From contig CANSPP010000001.1 in the NCBI GenBank assembly GCA_947648905.1, positions 460,114 through 524,113 on the forward strand: 64,000 nucleotides of DNA, read 5' to 3'. The DNA is from an uncultured Clostridium sp. (GTDB lineage Bacteria > Bacillota > Clostridia > TANB77 > CAG-508). Below are positions 54,465-63,030 of the stretch, piece after piece (within the stretch, counting starts at the first letter, position 1; every line of letters starts with the position of its first letter). Position numbers and translations under genes: made by a program. Below the pieces are notes generated by a model, which saw only the letters and a list, made by a program, of their open reading frames with translations, ran no database searches and was not told the origin of the DNA.

Positions 54465-54815
54465 ATGGCAGAAATAGGTGCAGAAAACAAAGTAGCAGGA
54501 GTATTCGGAGGAGTTGAAATAAACGGTGGAAACGCTGGAGAAAATGCAAATGGAGCAATTGGTGGATTCGAAGGAGCAGGAATGGAAGCAGGAACAATCA
54601 GAAACACAGCGCTACCAGCAAAAACAGGATTATGGACAAAATTTAAAGCATTCTGGCTACAAGAAATTGACTGGAATAAAGAAATAAAAGTAGAACTAAC
54701 ACCATATCAACAAAAAGTAGAAGACGAAATAAACGAATTTTTACACCAAGAAATTACATGGGAAAAAGTACACGACTTTTTATTCCAAGAAGTAACATTT
54801 GGAAAAAGAAAATAA
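54465..54815 (+). CDS. Hypothetical protein (116 aa), Gly-rich N-terminus, Trp-rich C-terminus
   Basis: AAAGGAGG RBS before ATG 54465; promoter TTGATA...TATAAAT upstream. Confidence 0.45.
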   Translation: MAEIGAENKVAGVFGGVEINGGNAGENANGAIGGFEGAGMEAGTIRNTALPAKTGLWTKFKAFWLQEIDWNKEIKVELTPYQQKVEDEINEFLHQEITWEKVHDFLFQEVTFGKRK

Positions 54816-54862
54816 TGTCCAATTGGGGACGTTTCTTTCCTGGACATTTTGTCCAGTTGAAT
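54816..54862. repeat. REP-like element (reverse-orientation unit) upstream of the RAYT gene
   Basis: TGTCCAATTGGGGACGTTTC tttcCTGGACAttttGTCCAG. Confidence 0.8.
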
Positions 54863-54988
54863 ATTTACATATCGTAATGTGAAAATTTAATGAATTTATA
54901 AAAAGGTATAGCAAGATTAAAAAAATTATGCTATACTTTTTAACGTATATAGGGGCTAAAATTAAACAAGAAGAAAGGAATGATAGTA

Positions 54989-55780
54989 ATGCCCCGTATG
55001 GCGCGTGAATTAAGTAAAACAAAAGTGTATCACATAATATTTCGTGGAAACGATAAACAGGATATATTCTATGATACACAAGATTACAAAAAATATTTAA
55101 AAGAAATGAAAAACACAAAAGAAAAATATCAATATGAAATATTAGCATATTGTCTGATGTCAAATCATGTACATTTAATAGTTTTTGACAAAAATGATAA
55201 TCTTTCGAAATCGATGCAAAGTTTAGCTATAGCATATTCAAGTTATTTTGCGAAAAAGTATGAAAAAGTGGGACATTTATTTCAAAATCGATTTTTAAGC
55301 AAAAATGTTGAGACACGAGAATATCTATTGCAATTATGTCGATACATTCATCAAAATCCAGTAAAAGCAAAAATTACAAAAGTAAATGAATACAAGTGGA
55401 GTAGTTATAACGAATATGTGAAATTGAATTTGAAAGAAAGAATGATAAATATAAACACAATATTGCCAATGTTTGGAGTTAATAGACAAGAAGCAATAAG
55501 GAATTTCGAAGCGTTCCATAGAAAAGAAGATGAACTTAATGATATAAATAAAGAGATTGAGTTTGAAATAAAAGAACGATTAACAGATGAAGAAGTGAAA
55601 ACGATAATAGAAGATATATTAAAAATAGATAATGTACTTGAAATCAAAAATTATGGTGTACAAAAAAGAAATGAAACAATAAGCAAGTTGGAAAATATTA
55701 AAGGAATAACAAAAGTACAAATAGCAAGGATAACTGGAATAAACAGAAAAATAATACAAAGAGTAATGAATAGTAAATAA
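54989..55780 (+). CDS. REP-associated tyrosine transposase (RAYT; IS200/IS605-like HUH Y1 transposase) with a C-terminal HTH
   Basis: HuH motif CLMSNHVHLIV; ...GHLFQNRFLSK...YLLQLCRYIHQNPVKAKI (catalytic Y region); bracketed by inverted REP units. Confidence 0.75.
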   Translation: MPRMARELSKTKVYHIIFRGNDKQDIFYDTQDYKKYLKEMKNTKEKYQYEILAYCLMSNHVHLIVFDKNDNLSKSMQSLAIAYSSYFAKKYEKVGHLFQNRFLSKNVETREYLLQLCRYIHQNPVKAKITKVNEYKWSSYNEYVKLNLKERMININTILPMFGVNRQEAIRNFEAFHRKEDELNDINKEIEFEIKERLTDEEVKTIIEDILKIDNVLEIKNYGVQKRNETISKLENIKGITKVQIARITGINRKIIQRVMNSK

Positions 55781-55816
55781 TGAATGTCCAAGAAAGAAAC
55801 GTCCCCAATTGGACAT
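55781..55816. repeat. REP-like element (forward unit) downstream of the RAYT gene
   Basis: TGTCCAAGAAAGAAACGTCCCCAATTGGACA. Confidence 0.8.
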
Positions 55817-55834
55817 TGGGAAAAGGAGGAAAGT

Positions 55835-57199
55835 ATGGCGAAAAATAAAACAATATTTGTATGTAGCGAATGTGGAAACGAATCAGCAAAATGGCTAGGA
55901 AAATGTCCTGCTTGTAATAGTTGGAATAGTTTTTACGAGCAAACAATAGTAGAAACAAAAGGAAAAGAAAAAGCAAGGAATGCAGGCGAGATGGCCACAC
56001 CTCAAAAACTTAGTTCATATGTAGCAAAAGAGACTTTAAGAACTCATACAGGTTTTGGAGAATTGGACAGAGTTTTAGGTGGTGGATTAGTAAAGGGCTC
56101 GCTAGTTTTGCTAGGTGGAGAGCCAGGTATAGGAAAGTCTACACTAATACTACAAATTTGTGATAAAATCAAAGGAGAAGGACAAGTTCTATATGTTTCA
56201 GGAGAAGAATCGGCAGAGCAAATAAAACTAAGAGCAGATAGATTAGGAATAAATAATGAAAATATTATGTTTTTAGGTGAAACAAATATAGATATAGTAA
56301 ATCAAGCAATTATAAATATGAACCCTAAATTGGTAATAATTGATTCTATTCAAACTATGTATTCAGACGATATAACAGCGGCAGCAGGAAGTGTTAGCCA
56401 AGTACGCGAAATTACAGGTCAAGTTATGAGAGTTTGCAAATCCAGAGCAATAACAACAATCATAATTGGACATGTTACAAAAGAAGGAAACATAGCAGGA
56501 CCAAGAGTTTTAGAGCATATGGTAGACACAGTTTTATATTTAGAGGGAGAAAGATATTTTTCATACAGAATTTTAAGAGGAGTAAAAAACAGATTTGGTT
56601 CTACAAATGAAATTGGAATGTTCGAAATGAGAGAAGAAGGAATGTGCGAAATTTCAGAACCATCAGACATACTAATTTCGGAAAGAGAAGACAATCCGGC
56701 AGGTTCTTGTATAGTCTCTAGTATGGAAGGAACAAGACCGATTTTAGTTGAACTTCAAGCATTGACATCACAAACAGTATTTGGATATCCAAAAAGGACA
56801 GCAAATGGAATAGACTACAATAGATTAGCACTGTTAATAGCTGTGTTAGAGAAAAAAGCAGGCTTAATGCTAGGTTCACAAGACGTATACTTAAACGTAG
56901 TTGGTGGACTAAAAATTAACGAGCCATCGATAGACTTAGGAATAATGCTGGTAACAGCATCAAGTTTTAAAAATGTAGCAATTCCAAAAGATATGATTAT
57001 AATAGGGGAAGTAGGTTTAACAGGAGAGGTAAGAAGAATAAATTTGATAGAAAAAAGGTTGAAGGAAGCAGAAAAATTAGGATTTAAAAGTTGTATAATT
57101 CCAGAAAGTAACAAAAAAGACTTGAAAGAAAAATACAAATTAGATATAATAGGCGTCAGAAACATTAATGAAGCGATGAAAAAAGTCGGGTTAAAGTAA
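55835..57199 (+). CDS. radA: DNA repair protein RadA (Sms)
   Basis: N-terminal zinc ribbon CSECGNESAKWLGKCPACNSW; Walker A GGEPGIGKST; Lon-like C-terminus. The ORF-table N-extension is REP translation. Confidence 0.95.
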   Translation: MAKNKTIFVCSECGNESAKWLGKCPACNSWNSFYEQTIVETKGKEKARNAGEMATPQKLSSYVAKETLRTHTGFGELDRVLGGGLVKGSLVLLGGEPGIGKSTLILQICDKIKGEGQVLYVSGEESAEQIKLRADRLGINNENIMFLGETNIDIVNQAIINMNPKLVIIDSIQTMYSDDITAAAGSVSQVREITGQVMRVCKSRAITTIIIGHVTKEGNIAGPRVLEHMVDTVLYLEGERYFSYRILRGVKNRFGSTNEIGMFEMREEGMCEISEPSDILISEREDNPAGSCIVSSMEGTRPILVELQALTSQTVFGYPKRTANGIDYNRLALLIAVLEKKAGLMLGSQDVYLNVVGGLKINEPSIDLGIMLVTASSFKNVAIPKDMIIIGEVGLTGEVRRINLIEKRLKEAEKLGFKSCIIPESNKKDLKEKYKLDIIGVRNINEAMKKVGLK

Positions 57200-57201
57200 A
57201 G

Positions 57202-57270
57202 GGACAAAAGGAAACGTCCCCAATTGGACATTTTGTCCAAGAGAGAAACGTCCCCAATTGGACACAATTG
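57202..57270. repeat. REP-like element (two direct units)
   Basis: GGGACAAAAGGAAACGTCCCCAATTGGACA ttttGTCCAAGAGAGAAACGTCCCCAATTGGACAcaATTGGACA. Confidence 0.8.
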
Positions 57271-57293
57271 GACAAAGGAAAGGAGAATTAGAG

Positions 57294-58373
57294 TTGAGAA
57301 CAGGCAAAGAAGACAACATAACAGAGATTTTAAAACTAATTGCGCCGGGAACCCCAATAAGAAACGGACTAGAAAACATTTTAAGAGCAAGAACAGGAGC
57401 TTTATTATTAATAACTGATAAAAACGAAGTATTAAAAGAAGTTGTAGACGGTGGATTTACAATAAATGAAGAGTATTCTTCATCTAAATTATATGAGCTG
57501 GCAAAAATGGATGGAGCGATAGTGCTAAGTGGAGACTTAAAGAAGATATTATATGCAAATGCACAGTTAATACCATCACATGAAATTTCAACATTAGAAA
57601 CTGGAACAAGGCATAGAACAGCAGAAAGAACAGCTAAACAAACTGGAGAACTAGTAATAAGTATTTCACAAAGAAGAAGTATAATCACAGTTTTTAAAGG
57701 AAATGATAGATATATATTAGAAGATACAGATGCAGTTTTAAGTAAGGCGAACCAAGCGATACAAACACTTGAAAAATATAAAAAAGTATTTGATAATAAA
57801 CTAAACATCTTGAATGAATATGAATTTAATGATATAGTAACATTACAAAATGTAATAGTTGCAATTCAAAGAGCAGAAATGGTTATGAGAATTGTAGAAG
57901 AAATACAAAGACAGATATATGAATTAGGAGACGACGGAAGACTTGTAAAAATGCAACTAGAAGAATTAATAGGTGGATTAGAAAAAGAAGAAGAACTAAT
58001 CATAAAAGATTATATTGTGCCAGGCAAGAAAAGAATAACGCCTAAAAAAGTAATAGAAAAATTGAATGATTTAGAATATGAAGAATTGGCAAGAGAAACA
58101 CTAATAGCAAAACTATTAGGATATGAAACTTTTGATAACTATGACGAAGTTGGAGTATACACTAAAGGCTATAGGATTTTAAGCAAAATACCAAGAATGC
58201 CAAATAATATAGTAGAAAATTTAATTGATTCATTCAAATCATTCCAACACATATTAGCAGCTGATATAGAAAGCTTGGACGATGTAGATGGAATAGGTGA
58301 AGTAAGAGCAAGAACAATAAAACAGTCATTAAAAAGAATGCAAGAGCAATTTATTTTTGATAATTTAATTTAA
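57294..58373 (+). CDS. disA: DNA integrity scanning protein DisA (diadenylate cyclase)
   Basis: ...ILKLIAPGTPIRNGLENILRARTGALLLIT...ELAKMDGAIVLS...TGTRHRTAERTAKQTG matches B. subtilis DisA. Start placed at TTG 57294 after AGGAGA; the ATG at 57258 lies inside the REP element. Confidence 0.85.
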   Translation: MRTGKEDNITEILKLIAPGTPIRNGLENILRARTGALLLITDKNEVLKEVVDGGFTINEEYSSSKLYELAKMDGAIVLSGDLKKILYANAQLIPSHEISTLETGTRHRTAERTAKQTGELVISISQRRSIITVFKGNDRYILEDTDAVLSKANQAIQTLEKYKKVFDNKLNILNEYEFNDIVTLQNVIVAIQRAEMVMRIVEEIQRQIYELGDDGRLVKMQLEELIGGLEKEEELIIKDYIVPGKKRITPKKVIEKLNDLEYEELARETLIAKLLGYETFDNYDEVGVYTKGYRILSKIPRMPNNIVENLIDSFKSFQHILAADIESLDDVDGIGEVRARTIKQSLKRMQEQFIFDNLI

Positions 58374-58407
58374 AATTATAAATAAAAATTTAACAAACGA
58401 AAGGAAA

Positions 58408-59208
58408 ATGAAAATGAAAACAAAAAATATTATATGGATAATTGCATTAATTTTAGTAATAATATTACTAGCAACAGTAGGATATGGATACTACAAAAAA
58501 ATAACTATGAAAGTAGAGAACCCAATAGCTACAATGGAAGTAGAAAACTTTGGAACTATAAAAATAGAATTGTATCCAGATTTAGCTCCAGAAACAGTAG
58601 CGAACTTCATAACACTTGCAAACAGAGGATTTTATGATGGATTAACATTCCACAGAATAGTAAAAGACTTTATGATACAAGGTGGAGATAAACAAGGAAC
58701 AGGAAGTGGTTCAGCAACTTTAGCAGATTTAAGAGATGGTGGAGAAGATACAGAATACTCAATAAAAGGTGAATTTATATCAAATGGAGTAAATAACAAA
58801 TTAAAATTTGAAGAAGGAGTTATAGGTATGGCAAGAAATGACTATACTTCATATTCTCCAAATTTAGCGGAAGAATCTTATAACTCTGGAAGCTCACAAT
58901 TCTTTATAATGACAAAAGAAACATCATCATTAAATGGATACTATACATCATTTGGTAAAGTAATAGAAGGAATGGATGTAGTACATAAAATAGAAGAAGT
59001 TGAAGTAAAATCAAATACAGAAGATGCAGAAAGCTCAGAAAGTTCAGAGGTTAGCACACCAGTAACCCCAGTAACAATCACATCACTTAAAGTAGAAACA
59101 AATGGTGTAAACTATGGAGAACCAAATACTTTAGAACCATTTAATTATATGAATTGGTTATATAAACAATATGGAATAGATCCAAGCAATTTATCAACAG
59201 CACAATAA
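58408..59208 (+). CDS. Membrane-anchored cyclophilin-type peptidyl-prolyl cis-trans isomerase
   Basis: N-terminal TM; GTIKIELYPDLAPETVANFITLANRGFYDGLTFHRIVKDFMIQGGD. Confidence 0.9.
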   Translation: MKMKTKNIIWIIALILVIILLATVGYGYYKKITMKVENPIATMEVENFGTIKIELYPDLAPETVANFITLANRGFYDGLTFHRIVKDFMIQGGDKQGTGSGSATLADLRDGGEDTEYSIKGEFISNGVNNKLKFEEGVIGMARNDYTSYSPNLAEESYNSGSSQFFIMTKETSSLNGYYTSFGKVIEGMDVVHKIEEVEVKSNTEDAESSESSEVSTPVTPVTITSLKVETNGVNYGEPNTLEPFNYMNWLYKQYGIDPSNLSTAQ

Positions 59209-59356
59209 AAATTATAAGAGCTTAAGAATATGTGTTAAGCTCTGTTCAATTAATTATATAATTTTAATAGAAAATTTTGAAAAACAGTTGACAAATGGGG
59301 TAGAAATTGGTTATAATATTAAATGTGCTCGAGGTTTAAAGGTGCACGTGAACAAT

Positions 59357-59434
59357 GGTGGATGTAGCGTAGTTGGTTAACGCGCCAGTTTGTGGCACTG
59401 GAGACCGTGGGTTCGAGTCCCATCTTCCACCCCA
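59357..59434 (+). tRNA. tRNA-His (GUG) with G-1
   Basis: G-1 then GTGGATG acceptor; anticodon arm CCAGT TTGTGGC ACTGG; T-loop TTCGAGT; CCCCA end. Confidence 0.8.
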
Positions 59435-59447
59435 TTTAATTTTATAT

Positions 59448-59522
59448 TGGGCTGTAGCCAAGCGGTAAGGCACCAGACTTTGACTCTGGCATGCGCTAGT
59501 TCGAATCTAGCCAGCCCAGCCA
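59448..59522 (+). tRNA. tRNA-Gln (UUG)
   Basis: TGGGCTGTAGCCAAGCGGTAAGGCACCAGACTTTGACTCTGG...; anticodon loop CTTTGAC; terminator hairpin follows at 59525-59552. Confidence 0.85.
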
Positions 59523-59664
59523 CTAAGACGAGATTTCAACATCTCGTTTTTTTATTTTTAAATTATAAAAAATCATTAAGCGGAAATAATAAAAGAGAAA
59601 CACCAAAAAAGTTCTATTTAATTACCCTAAAAAATATAAATGAATTATAGAAAGGGTGAAAAAA

Positions 59665-60051
59665 ATGGAAAGTTACAAAACAGGTTTTGAAGAAACAATA
59701 AAAAACATATTCAAAGGAATTGCAATAGCAATGATAACAACAGTAATTTTACTGTTAATATTCTCAATAGTACTAGCATATACAAACACAAGTGAAAACA
59801 CAATAACACCAGTAATAATAGTAGTTACAGGACTAAGTATATTGCTAGGAAGTTCAATTGGAAATATCAAAATAAAAAAGAATGGAATTATAAACGGCGC
59901 TTTAATAGGTGGAATTTACATACTAATACTTTATATAATTTCAAGTATATTAAACTGGAGATTTGGATTAAATATACAAAGTATAATTATGATAGCAGTA
60001 GGTATGGTTTTTGGGATAATAGGAGGAATCATTGGGGTAAACAAGAAATAA
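59665..60051 (+). CDS. Small membrane protein (hypothetical, 3-4 TM)
   Basis: RBS AAAGGGTG; hydrophobic helices. Confidence 0.5.
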   Translation: MESYKTGFEETIKNIFKGIAIAMITTVILLLIFSIVLAYTNTSENTITPVIIVVTGLSILLGSSIGNIKIKKNGIINGALIGGIYILILYIISSILNWRFGLNIQSIIMIAVGMVFGIIGGIIGVNKK

Positions 60052-60057
60052 ATATCC

Positions 60058-60130
60058 AAAAGAAGGAAAAAAGGAAACGTCCCCGAATGTCCCAAAGAGG
60101 GACAAAAAAGAAACGTCCCAAAATGTCCCA
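60058..60130. repeat. Degenerate REP-like element (two GAAACGTCCC units)
   Basis: GGAAACGTCCCCGAATGTCCCAAAGAGGGACAAAAAAGAAACGTCCCAAAATGTCCCAATAT. Confidence 0.7.
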
Positions 60131-60219
60131 ATATATTTTAAAATAATTTCCAAAAACAGTTGATATTTTTGGAAATTTAATATAAAATTTTATAGGACAA
60201 GTTAGATAAGGAGGACAAT

Positions 60220-60879
60220 ATGATAAAATTAGAAGATGTTAGAAAAAATCCAGAGGTTGAAGCCTTAATTCAAGGGGCTCAACAACAGTTAGATGGACTA
60301 GGTTATACAGAACATAGCCATAGGCATATTTCAATAGTTTCAAAAAGAGCAGGAGATATATTAGAGAAATTAGGATATCCAGAGAGAACAGTGGAATTAG
60401 CAAGGATTGCAGGTTATTTGCATGATATTGGGAATTGCGTAAATAGGGTTGACCACGCACACAATGGTGCAATAATTGCATATAACATTTTAAAAGAAAT
60501 GGGAATGCCAGTAGAGGAAAGAACTCAAATAATGATGGCAATAGGAAATCACGATGAAAAAACAGGTACAGCGGTAAGTGATATATCAGCAGCAATAATT
60601 TTAGCAGATAAATCAGATGTGCATAGAGACAGAGTAAGAAATCAAAATATTTCAACATTTGATATACATGATAAAGTAAATTATGCAGTAACAAAGGCTG
60701 AACTAAAATTGGACTGTGAAAACAGAAAAATAACATTAAATTTAACAATTGATAATCAAATATGTCCTGTACTAGATTATTTTCAAATATTTATTGATAG
60801 AACAATTATGAGTAAATATGCAGCAAAGTATTTACGAATATGGTTTGAGCTAATAATCAATGGAACAAAATTATTATAA
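60220..60879 (+). CDS. HD-domain phosphohydrolase
   Basis: HSHRHIS...GYLHDIGN...HAHNGA (HD motif). Confidence 0.75.
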   Translation: MIKLEDVRKNPEVEALIQGAQQQLDGLGYTEHSHRHISIVSKRAGDILEKLGYPERTVELARIAGYLHDIGNCVNRVDHAHNGAIIAYNILKEMGMPVEERTQIMMAIGNHDEKTGTAVSDISAAIILADKSDVHRDRVRNQNISTFDIHDKVNYAVTKAELKLDCENRKITLNLTIDNQICPVLDYFQIFIDRTIMSKYAAKYLRIWFELIINGTKLL

Positions 60880-60892
60880 TGGAGGAAATAAA

Positions 60893-62329
60893 ATGAAAAA
60901 AGTAAAAATATTAACAATAACACTAGTAATTATATTAATTACAGCAATAGCCTTTGGCGGAATTTATATGAAAAAACAAAATAGAATGGAAAATGTAGTA
61001 AAAGAATATGAATATGCTATGGACTTAAAAGGTACAAGAAATGTAAGATTAAAATTAGACGAGGGAACAACAACTGTAATAAAAGATGCAGAGGGAAAAG
61101 AAGTTAAAGACACAGAAAATCTAACAGATGACCAAATAGCAGAAAACGGATATATAAAAGAGGAAATACCAAATAATAGCGAGGAAGTAAAAAACGAAGA
61201 AAATTATAAGCAAACAAAGAAAATATTAGAAAAAAGATTTGAAAAAATGGGATTAAATAGCTATACAATAAAACTTGACAAAAATACAGGAGATATTGTA
61301 GTTGAATTACCAGAAAACGATGCAACAGATACAATAGTAGGACAAATAGCAACAGTAGGAAAATTTGAAATACAAGACAGTGAAACAGGCGAAGTCTTAA
61401 TGGATAACAGTGATATAAAATTAGCAAATGTTATGTATGGTTCAGATAACACAACAACTACACAAGCAGGAACAAGAGTATATTTGAATGTTGAATTTAC
61501 AAAAGACGGAGCAAAAAAATTAGAAGATATAAGCAATAAATATGTAAAAGTAGAAGAAAATAATTCAGATGAAAATGCAGAAGCAACAGAAGAGACAAAT
61601 ACAGAAACAACAACTGAAGAAAATACAGAAAAAAAGGTAACATTAAAAATAGATGATACAGAAATAATGTCAACAAGTTTTGAAGAACCAATGAGAACAG
61701 GAAAAATGCAATTATCAATGGGGGGAAGCTCAACAGACCAAAAAACATTACAAGGATATGCAAGTCAAGCATCAAGTATGGCAATAGTATTAGATACAGG
61801 TAAATTACCTATTAAATATCAAATAACAGAAAATCAATATGTATTATCAGATATAACAAGTGAACAACTAGATGTTGTTATATATGCATTATTAGCAATA
61901 GTAGTAGTTGCATTAATAGCACTAATTGTAAGATATAAAAAATATGGTGCACTTGCAACAATATCATATATTGGATTAATATCACTATTTTTAATATTAA
62001 TAAGATATGCAAATGTTGTATTATCAATAGAAGGAATATTTGCAATAGCAATTACATTAGTACTAAACTATATTTTTGTAAATAAATTATTATCAAAATT
62101 AAAGAATGAAAAAATAAATAAAGGAATTGTAAATAAAAGTTTAACAGAAACTTACAAAGAATTCTTTATAAGAATAATACCAGTTTGCATATTAGCAATA
62201 GTATTTTGCTTCATAAATTGGAGCCCTATTAGTAGCTTCGGAATGGTAATGTTCTGGGGAATTGCATTAATTGCTATTTATAATTTCATAGTAACAAATA
62301 TTTTATTAAAAATAGAAGCTGACAAATAG
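60893..62329 (+). CDS. Membrane protein: N-terminal TM anchor, large extracytoplasmic domain, C-terminal 5-TM bundle (SecD- or YhgE/Pip-like topology; family uncertain)
   Basis: Topology only; canonical SecD motifs not recognised; GGAGG RBS before ATG 60893. Confidence 0.4.
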   Translation: MKKVKILTITLVIILITAIAFGGIYMKKQNRMENVVKEYEYAMDLKGTRNVRLKLDEGTTTVIKDAEGKEVKDTENLTDDQIAENGYIKEEIPNNSEEVKNEENYKQTKKILEKRFEKMGLNSYTIKLDKNTGDIVVELPENDATDTIVGQIATVGKFEIQDSETGEVLMDNSDIKLANVMYGSDNTTTTQAGTRVYLNVEFTKDGAKKLEDISNKYVKVEENNSDENAEATEETNTETTTEENTEKKVTLKIDDTEIMSTSFEEPMRTGKMQLSMGGSSTDQKTLQGYASQASSMAIVLDTGKLPIKYQITENQYVLSDITSEQLDVVIYALLAIVVVALIALIVRYKKYGALATISYIGLISLFLILIRYANVVLSIEGIFAIAITLVLNYIFVNKLLSKLKNEKINKGIVNKSLTETYKEFFIRIIPVCILAIVFCFINWSPISSFGMVMFWGIALIAIYNFIVTNILLKIEADK

Positions 62330-62342
62330 GAGGTAATAAAGA

Positions 62343-62993
62343 ATGAAAGATTTAACAAAAAAACAAAAAATAGTAATGTCAATTGTAGCAATTATAATAA
62401 TAGCTGGAATAGCAGTTGCATTAGTTATGGGATTTAATTTTGACTTAAGATTTCAATCAACAAAAAAATTAGAACTATATTTAGAAAAAGAATATGAAAT
62501 ATCAGATATAAAAAACATAACAAATGAAGTTATGCCAAATGAAGCAGTATTACTACAAAAAGTAGAAGTTTACGAAGACTCTGTTAGCATAATTGCCAAA
62601 GAAATAACAGAGGAACAAAAACAAAGTATAATAGAAAAAGTAAATGAAAAATATCAATTAGAATTAAACGCAGACGAAACAGAGATAGCAACAATACCAA
62701 ATACAAGAGGAAGAGATTTAATAAAACCATATGTAGTACCATTTATAATTGCAACAGTAGTAATATTAGCATATATGGCAATAAGATACAGAAAATTAAA
62801 CTGGGTAAAAATAATTTTAAAAACTATAGCAGTTTTAATTATAGCAGAAGCAACATTAATGAGTTTAATTGCAATTACAAGAATTCCAATAGGTAGATTA
62901 ACAATTCCAATGATAGTTACAGTTTATATATTAACATTTGTAGCTTTAACTGCTAAATTAGAAAAACAATTAGAAGCAAGTAAAGAAGAATAA
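62343..62993 (+). CDS. Membrane protein with the same topology in miniature (TM, ~100 aa ectodomain, 3 C-terminal TM; SecF-like?), family uncertain
   Basis: Topology only; translationally coupled to the upstream gene. Confidence 0.35.
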   Translation: MKDLTKKQKIVMSIVAIIIIAGIAVALVMGFNFDLRFQSTKKLELYLEKEYEISDIKNITNEVMPNEAVLLQKVEVYEDSVSIIAKEITEEQKQSIIEKVNEKYQLELNADETEIATIPNTRGRDLIKPYVVPFIIATVVILAYMAIRYRKLNWVKIILKTIAVLIIAEATLMSLIAITRIPIGRLTIPMIVTVYILTFVALTAKLEKQLEASKEE

Positions 62994-63030
62994 AAATAGT
63001 GCAGGCAAAATTGAAAGGATGATAAATAAA

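Noticed and set aside
49963-60130. CRISPR array formed by the repeated GAAACGTCCCCAATTGGACA units
   Set aside because: Units are irregularly spaced, occur in both orientations, are imperfect and are scattered between genes with no cas genes. They are REP-type, not CRISPR.
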